From: an uncultured bacterium | GTDB lineage: Bacteria > UBP15 > UBA6099 | DNA: 64,000 nucleotides | Direction: 5' to 3' | Assembly: GCA_964409645.1 (NCBI GenBank) | Contig: CAYPEK010000002.1 | Location: 48,971-112,970 of the forward strand | In this document: piece by piece, positions 10,080 through 19,263 of the stretch | Numbering within the stretch: position 1 is the stretch's first letter | Layout: each line of letters starts with the position of its first letter | The notes under the pieces: generated by a model | The model's database searches: none | What the model saw: the letters and a program-made list of their open reading frames with translations, nothing else | What the model was told of the DNA's origin: nothing | Program-made: the position numbers and the translations under genes

Positions 10080-10982
10080 TTATTTCAATGGCTTCGCCGA
10101 TGCGACCCAAGTGTCGAAATCTTTATCCCATCCCTCCGCGAGAGTGAAATCGTATAGATCGAAAAACGGCTTGTAATCCGTCTCCGAGACAGGGATGACC
10201 TTGAATTTGACCTGCTTCATCAGCGGTTTGTATTTATCGAGCACTTCGTTGTTGTTCAGGCTGACCGAGAATGCTTCCATTTTCTTCATCAGTTCTTCGG
10301 AAATATTCGGTGACGCCATAAGCGGCATGAAATGCAGCGGCTCCGCGCACGCCAGTTTGCGGATATTCTTCACCGGGGCCGGGTTCATCAGTTCGAAATA
10401 GTCGATATTTGTTTCCATCAGGAATATCGCATCGACTTTTCCGGACGCCAGAGCATCGACGGAGGCGTAAGCATCCGTGGAAGTCAGCATTTCGGAGAGT
10501 GTTTTTTCCGGGGCGGCGTTCATGATTTTTCTGAGCAGCGTGTAAGCGGTCTGGTAGGGGTAGGTCGAGAGTTTCTTTCCCGCGAGGTCGGCGACGCCGT
10601 TGATTGCGCTGTCTTTTTTGACATAGAGGCATTCACTCGCTTTTTCCTTGTCGAAAATTGAAATTGTTGCGAGCGGCTTGTAGCCGTAAATGGTTGCAAG
10701 AAGGAAATCGTCTTCCGAGTTTGCGTAGATGAAATCGAGTTTTCGGGTGCCTATGTCGCCTTGAAACGATTCGATATTGTTGTAAAACAGGTTGAACATC
10801 TGGATGTTCTGCGTTTGAGAGAACTCTTTTGTCATGTCTTTCGCCATAACGCTGAAACTGGTGTTGAACTTTGTTCCCGTGTCCCAGTAAACGCCGAACG
10901 TGTAGCTTTGATTTTCCGCGCGGGCGTCGGCGACCGCTATCAGGATCATAAGGGCGCACAACGCTATTTGCATTTTTTTCAT
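10080..10982 (-). CDS. Periplasmic substrate-binding protein, PhnD/SsuA-like (PBP2 fold)
   Basis: Signal peptide MKKMQIALCALMILIAVADARA, a size of about 300 aa and the composition of type-2 periplasmic binding proteins. It lies directly downstream of the sigma-54 activator on the same strand. AGGAGG ribosome-binding site. Confidence 0.5.
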   Translation of the reverse strand: MKKMQIALCALMILIAVADARAENQSYTFGVYWDTGTKFNTSFSVMAKDMTKEFSQTQNIQMFNLFYNNIESFQGDIGTRKLDFIYANSEDDFLLATIYGYKPLATISIFDKEKASECLYVKKDSAINGVADLAGKKLSTYPYQTAYTLLRKIMNAAPEKTLSEMLTSTDAYASVDALASGKVDAIFLMETNIDYFELMNPAPVKNIRKLACAEPLHFMPLMASPNISEELMKKMEAFSVSLNNNEVLDKYKPLMKQVKFKVIPVSETDYKPFFDLYDFTLAEGWDKDFDTWVASAKPLK

Positions 10983-11153
10983 CTAAAGCCTCCTTGAATA
11001 TATAACTGCCAATTGTGTAATTTGTGACTTACCGGCAAAAAGATACAACTAGAAATATAATACCAGAAACCCGCTCATGTTGGATACAGGCAAAGCAAAT
11101 TTGGTGGAGTCGCAACGGCATCCTGTATATTCGAAACATGATCCGTATTAATT

Positions 11154-12893
11154 TTAATGCTGTGAGTCGATGAAGCGATATAGAGTCGCGCGGTTGACTC
11201 CGAGGATGCGCGCGGCTTTTGCCTTGCTGCCGCCGGCTTCCTTCATTGCCGCGGCAACTGATTCCGAATCCAGCAGACGTTTCCGCCCGGGACCGGGTTT
11301 GTGGGCGGCAATTGTCACCGATTCGGTAATCTCTTGAGGCAGGTGGCGCGGTTCGACCGTATCGCTTTTGCATTTCAGCTTTGCGTACTGGATGGCGTTT
11401 TGAAGTTGTCTGATGTTTCCCGGCCATCTGTATCCCTGAAGAATCTGTTTTGTCTCAGCGGACAACATTGTCGGGACGTGCCCCGAGTCCCATCCGGAAC
11501 GTTTTTTGAGGAAATAATCGGCGAGAACCAGAATGTCGCCGCTACGCTCTCGGAGCGGAGGCATGGTTATGGGCACTACGCATATCCTGTAGAACAGGTC
11601 TTCGCGGAAGGCGCCCGTTTTAATCATCTGCTTCAAATCTTTGTTAGTGGCGCTTATGAGCCTGAAGTTAGCCTTCAGGCTCCGCTCGCCGCCCAAACGC
11701 TCAAAAGTGCCGTCCTGCAGGACCCGCAGCAGTTTTACCTGCATCGTCTGAGACAGTTCAGCTACTTCATCGAGAAAGATAGTGCCTCCGTCGGCAAGCT
11801 CGAAGCGTCCTTTCTTGTCACGCACCGCGCCCGTGAACGCGCCTTTGACGTGTCCGAAAAGTTCGCTCTCGATCGTTCCTTCCGGCAGAGCTCCGCAGTT
11901 CACAGGCACGAACTGCCTGTCCGCGCGGCGGCTCTCTTTGTGGATCGCATGCGCGATCATTTCTTTGCCGGTGCCTGTTTCGCCCTGAATCAGAACGGGT
12001 GCGTCGCTGCCTTTTATGTCTCTGATGAGTGAAAAAATCGATTGCATCTCCTTATATGTTGATATGATGCCGGGGAAGGGACTGCCGTCCGCAAGCTTCA
12101 TCTCGAGGTCAATGACTCTCGTTACGTCATGGAAAGTGGCGATTACGCCCGACTGTTCTCCTGTCCGGTCGTAAACAGGCATCACTGACATAGTAATGTT
12201 TTTCTTTGTTCCGTCTTTTGTTGTCAGGTCTATCGGATACACAAGATGCAACAGTTTCTTTTGGTTCATTTCGCAGAAACTGCATTTATCTCCGCAGAAT
12301 CCGTTCGGGAAAATTTCGCGGCAGTCGCGGCTGATCACATCCGCCGCACTCCACCCGGTGATTCGTTCCGCGGCTCTGTTGAAATTCAGTATGATCCGGT
12401 TATTGTCATGGACAATCACTCCGTCAATGAAATTCCCCAGCACTGCGTCGAGATTGGCCTTCATAGAAACGAAAGACTTGAAATATCCGTGTGTGAAAAA
12501 ATCTTTTGTCAGTCGCTGAATCGTGTCGCGTATGCTGCGGAAACTGTCTGTGATTTCCTGTTCGTTGTCTTCATTGAATGACGGTTCGGGAATGTCCCAT
12601 GACACTATACATGGTTTCCCTTGTATCACTGGGCATTTCTCTTTCGCGCTTTCGCAAAGAGTAATAATTATGTCGATGCTGTTTATATTAACCTCATTAA
12701 TCTTTTTTGATTTGAAATTCGATATGTCGTAGCCTATCTCTGACATAACTTTAACTGTACGTGGATTTATGTCGCCCGCCTCGAAACCCGCACTGAATAC
12801 CTCAACGTCCTCAGGCGCTTCATTCCGCGCAAATGCCTCGGCCATCTGGCTTCGCATCGCATTTGTTGAACATAGAAAGAGAATTTTTGTCAT
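11154..12893 (-). CDS. Sigma-54-dependent transcriptional activator with an N-terminal ArsC/LMW-PTP-like domain, a PAS domain, an AAA+ domain and a Fis-type HTH
   Basis: N-terminus ILFLCSTNAMRSQMAEAF (CX5R P-loop of the LMW-PTP/ArsC fold) plus TLCESAKEKCP (C-X6-C). PAS-like GVIVHDNNRIILNFNRAAERITGW. AAA+ Walker A GETGTGKE and GAFTGA. C-terminal HTH ARILGVNRATLYRFI. Confidence 0.9.
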   Translation of the reverse strand: MTKILFLCSTNAMRSQMAEAFARNEAPEDVEVFSAGFEAGDINPRTVKVMSEIGYDISNFKSKKINEVNINSIDIIITLCESAKEKCPVIQGKPCIVSWDIPEPSFNEDNEQEITDSFRSIRDTIQRLTKDFFTHGYFKSFVSMKANLDAVLGNFIDGVIVHDNNRIILNFNRAAERITGWSAADVISRDCREIFPNGFCGDKCSFCEMNQKKLLHLVYPIDLTTKDGTKKNITMSVMPVYDRTGEQSGVIATFHDVTRVIDLEMKLADGSPFPGIISTYKEMQSIFSLIRDIKGSDAPVLIQGETGTGKEMIAHAIHKESRRADRQFVPVNCGALPEGTIESELFGHVKGAFTGAVRDKKGRFELADGGTIFLDEVAELSQTMQVKLLRVLQDGTFERLGGERSLKANFRLISATNKDLKQMIKTGAFREDLFYRICVVPITMPPLRERSGDILVLADYFLKKRSGWDSGHVPTMLSAETKQILQGYRWPGNIRQLQNAIQYAKLKCKSDTVEPRHLPQEITESVTIAAHKPGPGRKRLLDSESVAAAMKEAGGSKAKAARILGVNRATLYRFIDSQH

Positions 12894-13009
12894 TTAGCCA
12901 TCTTCCCAATTAACTTGCTTTTCTCTTTATATATTTCCTAAAAATATTTTTCAACAATTGCGTTTCTGCAAATCAGTTCGAATCTTATAGGCGATGTGTA
13001 TGATCCAAA

Positions 13010-15952
13010 TCAATCCGACGATAAAATTCGGACAGGACCGATTAGGCCTGACTCAAGCAGCGGCGAGTCTTTTTTATAGGGCCGGTTGGTAGTCCACGTG
13101 AAGCGTTTATCCTCCGAAAATGATTCGTCGCCAATCAGCCGGTTTGCCCAGAGGTTCGCTACTGCTATTTCGAGACTGTTACCGCGTTCTTTCAGCAAGC
13201 CGGGGGGAATCGCCAGTCGCCACGGCTCGCACCATGCCACACCGAGATCGACACCGTTGATTTTCACCGAGGCCATGTTTGCCACCTTACCGAGTGAAAT
13301 GTAGTTTCCGGTGCTTCCATCGAAACTTGTCGTGTATGTCGCGATTCCGGAGTAGAAGCGAATGCCGTTTTCGGGTTGTTTGCTCCAATCATACAGTTTG
13401 TCGAATGTCACCTGCGCCGGACCGCCCCACGCCGGATCGAACGAAACCACCCACGATCCTTCTATTTCGAGTGCTGTCTTCAATTCCGGGAAGTTCTTGC
13501 CGCTTGTTTTTTTGGTAATTCCATTCCGGAATACGATGAAGTAGCTTTCGTATGGATCGAATTTGAGGGGTATAGTCGTCAGGTTTTCTGAATTTGTAAA
13601 TTCGGGAAGTGGACGTGAGGCCCCAGTCAGCGGGTCCCAGAGTTCCGGTATTCGATCAGTAATGCGAAACGTGCCTTTTGTCTCGACCTGTTTGTCGGCG
13701 CGGTTTGAGACAAAGTATATTTCGAGCTCGGCGGTGCGGCGATGAGTGTAGCGGATCGGACCGGTCGAACTGAAATCTTCGACTGCTCCCATCGAATGAA
13801 GTATTTCAGCCGTAAGGCTGTAGCTCGGGTACAAACCGCGTTCAGGTTGCGATTCGTTTGAATCCGCCGTCGTTGATTTAACCGATTCGCCGATGAGATC
13901 GCCGCCCCAGATGATTTGTCCTTTGCCGCGTTTTATAGCTGTGTGTTCAGCGGGCGGTGTCTGCGTGCCCCATAGTGATTCTGCGACTGCGGCGACTTCC
14001 TTGTCACATTCGGGATAATTCACGAGACTAGGCGATTTGTGCGGCGCGGGGCCGATCACGGTTGCGCCCGCTGTCACGAGTTCCTTCACTTTATCAAGCA
14101 GTTCCGGCGTCATGGTTGTGACATCCGGCAACACGAGTATGCGGTATTCCGCGCCGCCCGGAAAAACTATCAGCCCGTCGCGGACGGATGCCGATTTAAT
14201 CAGCTCGGCGGGGGAGCAGCCGTCGAAGTTGAATCCGCGCTTGTCGGGCAGTGTGTCGCTACCGTCGAACGCGGAGAGCGGCGGCTGGAATACGTTCGGC
14301 GCGCCTTCCGGCATGAGATAGAGAACGTCTGCGACGGTTCGGCCCTGACGCAGGAGATACTGCGCGCGCGTGATGTATTTGTGATACGCTCCGGCCAGCG
14401 GCCACCACGTTTCCCCGCGGTCCCAATGCACGCCGTAGGGCCCCATCGTCATTCCGGGACGGCCTTCGTTGGGTTTGTGCGCGAATGTGTGATACATGAA
14501 TTTGTTGACGCCCACCGCGAACGCCCAATCGCCCTGATTTTTCAGGTTAGCTGGGTGGTTTCGCCAGTGGTCGCCGCCCGATGTGAATGCCTCTGCCGCA
14601 ACGACGGGGCGGCCGAGTACGTGCGCGATGGACGTTGCTTCAGCGCAACTGAATGAGGAGTTGAAGCCGAGGCTCCAGAACTCGCACATCGGCACGTCGG
14701 CTACCGCTCCGAGATCGAAGTCGCCCGCCGGGTTCATGTCGTACGGCTCGATGGACAGCGTCATTCCGTGCTCCCTGCCGATTTCCTTCAGACGCCCGGC
14801 GTGGTTCTCTATGACTAACTCGCTGCCTGTGCGACGCAGGTCCCACAGAAACCGCTCGGTGATTTCGCGGCTGCCAACAATGTAGCCGAGATACGCCGGG
14901 TAATAAGGAAGAGGGTCGTATCCTCTGCGCTTGATGAACTCCTCGCGCATTTTTGGCGTCCAGTTCTGAGCACCCATCTCCCAACTGTCGATGTGAAGCA
15001 TTGTCCAGCCTTTGCCGGCTTCCATCGGGCCGACTTTGTCCAGCAGTTTGGCACCGTAATTGTTGAAATGCGCGTCGAGCGCGGCGCCGTCGAATTTGTC
15101 GCACTCGAAACCGAGGCCGGGTTCCGGGGCGGGGCGCGTGATCGCACCGTTGTTGCGGCTGACAAAGCGCAGAATTGTCCAGTTTCCGGCCGGCGTCTGC
15201 CAGTCGAGAGTGCTGTCCGGATTGACGCTGTTTGTCAAATCAATTATCTGATCCGCCGGGATTGTGCTGCCCGTGGGCGTCGCCGGATATTCCGCCGCAG
15301 AGGCGAGGTAGGGTTTCACGCCGGGTTGCGAAGTGAACGGCGCTCTGTAGTAAAGCGCTTTTTCATCTATGTCCGGTGTCCTGAAGTCCGCCGACGGGGT
15401 TGGGAATGCCAGCACCGCCACATTCTTGTAAAAACTGCGGCGTTTTGAAAGGAAGTTGAATGGGACGTTTCCAAAAAACGGTTGTCGCGGCTCCGCAAGA
15501 GGAAGCTTGCCGGTGAAATGCGACGGGCCTGTCACGTGCGTTTCTGAGGCGACAAGGTGTTGCATGGACTGACTCGGTTTGACCCACGGGCCGCCGCTTC
15601 CGGCCCAGCCCGGCCCGGACCCGAGAATGAGTTCGATTCCGAGCCTTTCGGATTCGTGGACCGCGTGTGCGAAAAGCGACTGCCATTCTTCGCTCAGGAA
15701 ATCCACTTTCCCGCGTGGCACTCCGACGTTCACTTCGAGAAACAGCACGCTTCCCAAGCCTGCTGCTTTCATCGCCTCCAGATCGCGCGTCATTCCCTCG
15801 CGCGAGAGGTTGCCGTCCATGAAATACCAGTAAACGCCCGGCCTCGCGGAGTCCGGCGGGTTCGCGAAATTTTTCTCGACTTCATCCGCAGCAAAAGCGG
15901 GCCGGATAAATAAAACTGAAAAGAGAACCGAACATAAGAGTTTTCTGATCAT
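13010..15952 (-). CDS. Secreted glycoside hydrolase, GH106-like (alpha-L-rhamnosidase-type family with a C-terminal sugar-binding jelly-roll)
   Basis: Signal peptide. N-terminal NPPDSARPGVYWYFMDGNLSREGMTRDLEAMKAAGLG resembles the GH106 N-terminal signature. C-terminal NLWANRLIGD jelly-roll motif. The family assignment is from memory of these motifs. Confidence 0.5.
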   Translation of the reverse strand: MIRKLLCSVLFSVLFIRPAFAADEVEKNFANPPDSARPGVYWYFMDGNLSREGMTRDLEAMKAAGLGSVLFLEVNVGVPRGKVDFLSEEWQSLFAHAVHESERLGIELILGSGPGWAGSGGPWVKPSQSMQHLVASETHVTGPSHFTGKLPLAEPRQPFFGNVPFNFLSKRRSFYKNVAVLAFPTPSADFRTPDIDEKALYYRAPFTSQPGVKPYLASAAEYPATPTGSTIPADQIIDLTNSVNPDSTLDWQTPAGNWTILRFVSRNNGAITRPAPEPGLGFECDKFDGAALDAHFNNYGAKLLDKVGPMEAGKGWTMLHIDSWEMGAQNWTPKMREEFIKRRGYDPLPYYPAYLGYIVGSREITERFLWDLRRTGSELVIENHAGRLKEIGREHGMTLSIEPYDMNPAGDFDLGAVADVPMCEFWSLGFNSSFSCAEATSIAHVLGRPVVAAEAFTSGGDHWRNHPANLKNQGDWAFAVGVNKFMYHTFAHKPNEGRPGMTMGPYGVHWDRGETWWPLAGAYHKYITRAQYLLRQGRTVADVLYLMPEGAPNVFQPPLSAFDGSDTLPDKRGFNFDGCSPAELIKSASVRDGLIVFPGGAEYRILVLPDVTTMTPELLDKVKELVTAGATVIGPAPHKSPSLVNYPECDKEVAAVAESLWGTQTPPAEHTAIKRGKGQIIWGGDLIGESVKSTTADSNESQPERGLYPSYSLTAEILHSMGAVEDFSSTGPIRYTHRRTAELEIYFVSNRADKQVETKGTFRITDRIPELWDPLTGASRPLPEFTNSENLTTIPLKFDPYESYFIVFRNGITKKTSGKNFPELKTALEIEGSWVVSFDPAWGGPAQVTFDKLYDWSKQPENGIRFYSGIATYTTSFDGSTGNYISLGKVANMASVKINGVDLGVAWCEPWRLAIPPGLLKERGNSLEIAVANLWANRLIGDESFSEDKRFTWTTNRPYKKDSPLLESGLIGPVRILSSD

Positions 15953-16034
15953 AGAATTCCAATCCTTATCAATATCAATTTAATATATCCGAAGAAGAGC
16001 AGTCGTTACAATTGAAGGAAAAACATTAAAGATA

Positions 16035-17495
16035 TCAGATGTCCACTTTGTAAACGGTGATTGTGCCGGATTTGCCTTTGACCGATGCTTCGATTTTTTG
16101 TTCGCTCTTTATTGAGTCTTTTATTTTTGAGTGCGTTGATTCGCCCATCAGAATCGGTATGCCCGTGGATTTGGAGAGGGACTTGATGCGGGACGCGGTG
16201 TTGACTGTGTCGCCCATGACGGTGTATTCCATGCGGCGTATGCTGCCGATGTTGCCCGCGATGACTGAGCCTGAATTTATGCCGATGCAGACGTTGAAAG
16301 GCGTCATTCCGGCCTTTTCCCATCCGGCGTTGAGCGCCGCGAGTTTCTCATGGAGCTTTCTCGCGCAGTCGATGGCTTTGCGCTCGCCGTCGGGGATCGC
16401 GAGGGGCGCGCCCCAGAAGGCCATGATGTTGTCGCCGATGAATTTGTCCAGCGTGCCGTCGTACACGTAAATCGTGTCGATTGCGATGGAGAAAAAGTCG
16501 TTAAGCCTTTCGAGCAGTTCTTCCGGCGGAACTGTTTTCATCAGCTCGCCGAAGTTCGTGACTTCCGTGAACATGACGGTCACATCCCTGTCTTCACCGC
16601 CGAGTTCCAGCTTATCCGGGTCTTTTAGTATCTCTTCGGCGACGGTTCGCGACAGGTACGACGAGAAAGTGTCGCGTATTTTTTTGCGCTGCATTTCGTG
16701 GCCAATTTTGCCGCGTATCTTTTCAGCCATGTCGAGAGTGTTTTCAACGGTTTGTTTTACAGTGGTGAGGAAGGCGACTGTTTCCTTGCCGAACCGTTCG
16801 TCGGCTGAATTGGCTATTGAGATGACGCCGCGCGTCCGGCCGCCGTATTCGAGCGGGAACACCGCGAGGTGGGAAATGTTTCTCTTTTCGTTTTCCGGTC
16901 CGCGATAGTCGAATCGCGAGTCCTGAAGCGGATTCACGCTTACCATAAACTCGCGTTTTTCCGCGACTGTATAGAACAGGTGTCCGGGTGGGAGCGGTTC
17001 GCCTCCGGGGTCGGTTCTAAGCCTGAGAGCTCCGTCGTCTCCGAACAGGTAGATTGCAATTTCCTTGGATTTGCTTCTTTCCGCGAAAACAGATTCCAGC
17101 ATCGAGAGGAGTTTGTCTTCGTCGATACTTTCCTGCATGGATTTGATTACTTCGTAGGTTTGTCTGAGCGTCTTCGAGTTCTCTTTTTCTTTTCGCCATA
17201 CATGGCCGAACACAACTGAAACGAACGAAACGGAGATCGACACGGCAGCGAATATCATCGGTTTCGAGAGAGAACCGCCGGCGTATCGCGAAACAATTAT
17301 CGGCGACTCGGCAACGACAAGCAGCATGGCGATCGCGACGGCGCCGGAGCGGCGGAAATTGAGACCTGCGTAAATGATGGGTGTGCCTATCATCAGGCGC
17401 GTCCAGCCGTGAAATTCATATCCGTTGTAATACGCAAGGTAAACGATTGCCAGAGCGGAAACGCAGAGGAATGTCAGATTGACAATCTTTTTCAT
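16035..17495 (-). CDS. Membrane-anchored GAF / class III adenylyl cyclase (cyclase 1)
   Basis: About 4 N-terminal TM helices, a GAF-like middle region, and a class III cyclase domain: VTVMFTEVTNFGE (first metal site carries Glu rather than Asp), DKFIGDNIMAFWGAP, and RRMEYTVMGDTVNTASR (canonical substrate Asp, Asn and Arg). Its start overlaps the upstream gene as ATGA. Confidence 0.85.
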   Translation of the reverse strand: MKKIVNLTFLCVSALAIVYLAYYNGYEFHGWTRLMIGTPIIYAGLNFRRSGAVAIAMLLVVAESPIIVSRYAGGSLSKPMIFAAVSISVSFVSVVFGHVWRKEKENSKTLRQTYEVIKSMQESIDEDKLLSMLESVFAERSKSKEIAIYLFGDDGALRLRTDPGGEPLPPGHLFYTVAEKREFMVSVNPLQDSRFDYRGPENEKRNISHLAVFPLEYGGRTRGVISIANSADERFGKETVAFLTTVKQTVENTLDMAEKIRGKIGHEMQRKKIRDTFSSYLSRTVAEEILKDPDKLELGGEDRDVTVMFTEVTNFGELMKTVPPEELLERLNDFFSIAIDTIYVYDGTLDKFIGDNIMAFWGAPLAIPDGERKAIDCARKLHEKLAALNAGWEKAGMTPFNVCIGINSGSVIAGNIGSIRRMEYTVMGDTVNTASRIKSLSKSTGIPILMGESTHSKIKDSIKSEQKIEASVKGKSGTITVYKVDI

Positions 17496-18391
17496 CCCAA
17501 TCCCGTCATCATAAGCAGTGCCGTCATAGCCGTATAGAGGCTGGTGATAGGCAGCACACTGTTGAATTTTGCGAACGTTGCGAGCATCGCCAGTGACATA
17601 ATGCAGATACTGGCCGCCAGACCTGTGATGATGGGAAACAGCGGAGTGTGTGTGGCGATACCAGTGAAAATGAATGTCGGTGTATTTGCGGCCGCTGAAA
17701 AGATCGCGAGCACCAGAAGCATATCGAGCTGAGAGAGTCCGACGGATTTAAGCTTGTCCCAAGCGATGTACATGAAGCAGAAAATCGAGAGATACATCGA
17801 CAGCACGCGCGCGCAATGCACCAAGATTTCCCATGGATCGACCTTTAAATGGAAACCGAAATTTTTCATTCCCCATGCGAAGTAGGACACAATTCCGGCT
17901 GCCATCATCAGGCCGAGGAGAACGCTGGAGATTATCCCTTTTCTGGCAAGCCCCATTTTTTTCATTGTCTCCGGCTCGGTCAATATGCAGTATGCCGGAA
18001 GGCAGAGTCCGATCACCGCGATAAATACTGCAAAGTGCGGCTTGTCCTGAAACAACGTATTCCAAGTTTGCAAAGCTATTGCATTAACAACGATCATGAC
18101 CGCGTGTTTGACGTCGAGCTTCCCCGCGATCAGAAATGCGCCGCCGAACATAACTATGTAGTACATGCCGAGCAGGCAGTCCTTAGCCGACAGGTTGATA
18201 ATGTTTCTCTTCCACAACAAGGTGAGAACGCCCGCGATTATACCGTCGATGAAAAGAACGGCGGCTGCTTTGAAGAGAAAGGACTGGTTCAGCAAGCGCG
18301 GGATTTTCCACACGGCGTCCGGATTGCCGACGACGCGTATGTCCGCCGCCGCGCGGGCTATGTCGGGTTTCATTGCGTCGATTTTATTCAT
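17492..18391 (-). CDS. Polytopic membrane protein, unknown function, within the cyclase operon
   Basis: 299 aa with 7-8 predicted hydrophobic helices and no recognised motif. Tight spacing with the flanking genes. Confidence 0.5.
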   Translation of the reverse strand: MNKIDAMKPDIARAAADIRVVGNPDAVWKIPRLLNQSFLFKAAAVLFIDGIIAGVLTLLWKRNIINLSAKDCLLGMYYIVMFGGAFLIAGKLDVKHAVMIVVNAIALQTWNTLFQDKPHFAVFIAVIGLCLPAYCILTEPETMKKMGLARKGIISSVLLGLMMAAGIVSYFAWGMKNFGFHLKVDPWEILVHCARVLSMYLSIFCFMYIAWDKLKSVGLSQLDMLLVLAIFSAAANTPTFIFTGIATHTPLFPIITGLAASICIMSLAMLATFAKFNSVLPITSLYTAMTALLMMTGLG

Positions 18392-18406
18392 TGACTTACG
18401 TCCTTA

Positions 18407-19261
18407 CTACGCGAGCGCCGATTTGACAAAAAGGTAAAAGATAACATACGTTGCCAGAAGCGGCCTCGCCGATTTAGTGAAGTGGAAGTTGAGGCCGAAC
18501 GTCGTCTGGGAGGCGAGGCTCTGAAGTGTCGCCGCGGCGATCATGTTGCTTGTTGTCACTCCCTCATAGCCCGTCATTGAACAGAACCAGTATGCCGACA
18601 TGAGAATGATATTCAGCGCAACAGGGAATGCGTTCTCGTATCGCATGTCGATAAACCGCCGCATCAGCAGGCCGTATAAAAGGCCCCACAGCGTTCCGTA
18701 GTAGAGTGTGCTTGTTGCAATAAAATAGAAATATTTAAAGAAAGGCAAGAATGCGAAGCCGTTCTTTCTGACCATTGTCTGAGCCATCCAAGTGATGCCG
18801 ATCAGCGTCGCCGAAGTCAGAATTGTGAAGATTATTTCCTTGGCGGGCATCGCGCGTTCTTTATAGCCGAGCGCCGCGAACAGGCCGGGCGCCGTTCTGT
18901 CGAGTTTGACGAAAAAAAACACTGAAGGCAGCGAGAGCAAAAGGAAGAAATATGACGCGCCAAAACTGACCGGAATGGTAGCCGCGGCGTAGAACAGGGC
19001 GGCGGCGGCGTACCAGCGCCATCCGGCGGCCGGCATGCCTCCCGCGAGAATGAAAACGGCGGGCAGCATGTACACGAGGAACAAACTGATGAAATAGCAA
19101 TCTCTGTATGGCCCTGCAAGGTAGCCTTTTGATGCGGGGAAGTGCATTACGAGAAGAATTGCGAAAACAATAAGGCAGCCTTGAAACGTGCGGTCTTTGA
19201 GGATGTTGAATTTCTGGAACCCCGAGTAATAGTTTTCGCGCGTTTCAAAGTATATGTTCAT
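18407..19261 (-). CDS. Polytopic membrane protein, unknown function, within the cyclase operon
   Basis: 284 aa, multiple hydrophobic helices, aromatic-rich. It begins 2 nt after the stop of the upstream cyclase. Confidence 0.5.
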   Translation of the reverse strand: MNIYFETRENYYSGFQKFNILKDRTFQGCLIVFAILLVMHFPASKGYLAGPYRDCYFISLFLVYMLPAVFILAGGMPAAGWRWYAAAALFYAAATIPVSFGASYFFLLLSLPSVFFFVKLDRTAPGLFAALGYKERAMPAKEIIFTILTSATLIGITWMAQTMVRKNGFAFLPFFKYFYFIATSTLYYGTLWGLLYGLLMRRFIDMRYENAFPVALNIILMSAYWFCSMTGYEGVTTSNMIAAATLQSLASQTTFGLNFHFTKSARPLLATYVIFYLFVKSALA

Positions 19262-19263
19262 AT

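Noticed and set aside
10983-11153. Search for sigma-54 promoter elements (TGGCAC-N5-TTGC) near the enhancer-binding protein and the adjacent binding-protein gene
   Set aside because: Only a TGGCAG with no matching -12 element was found, and it lies too close to the start codon.
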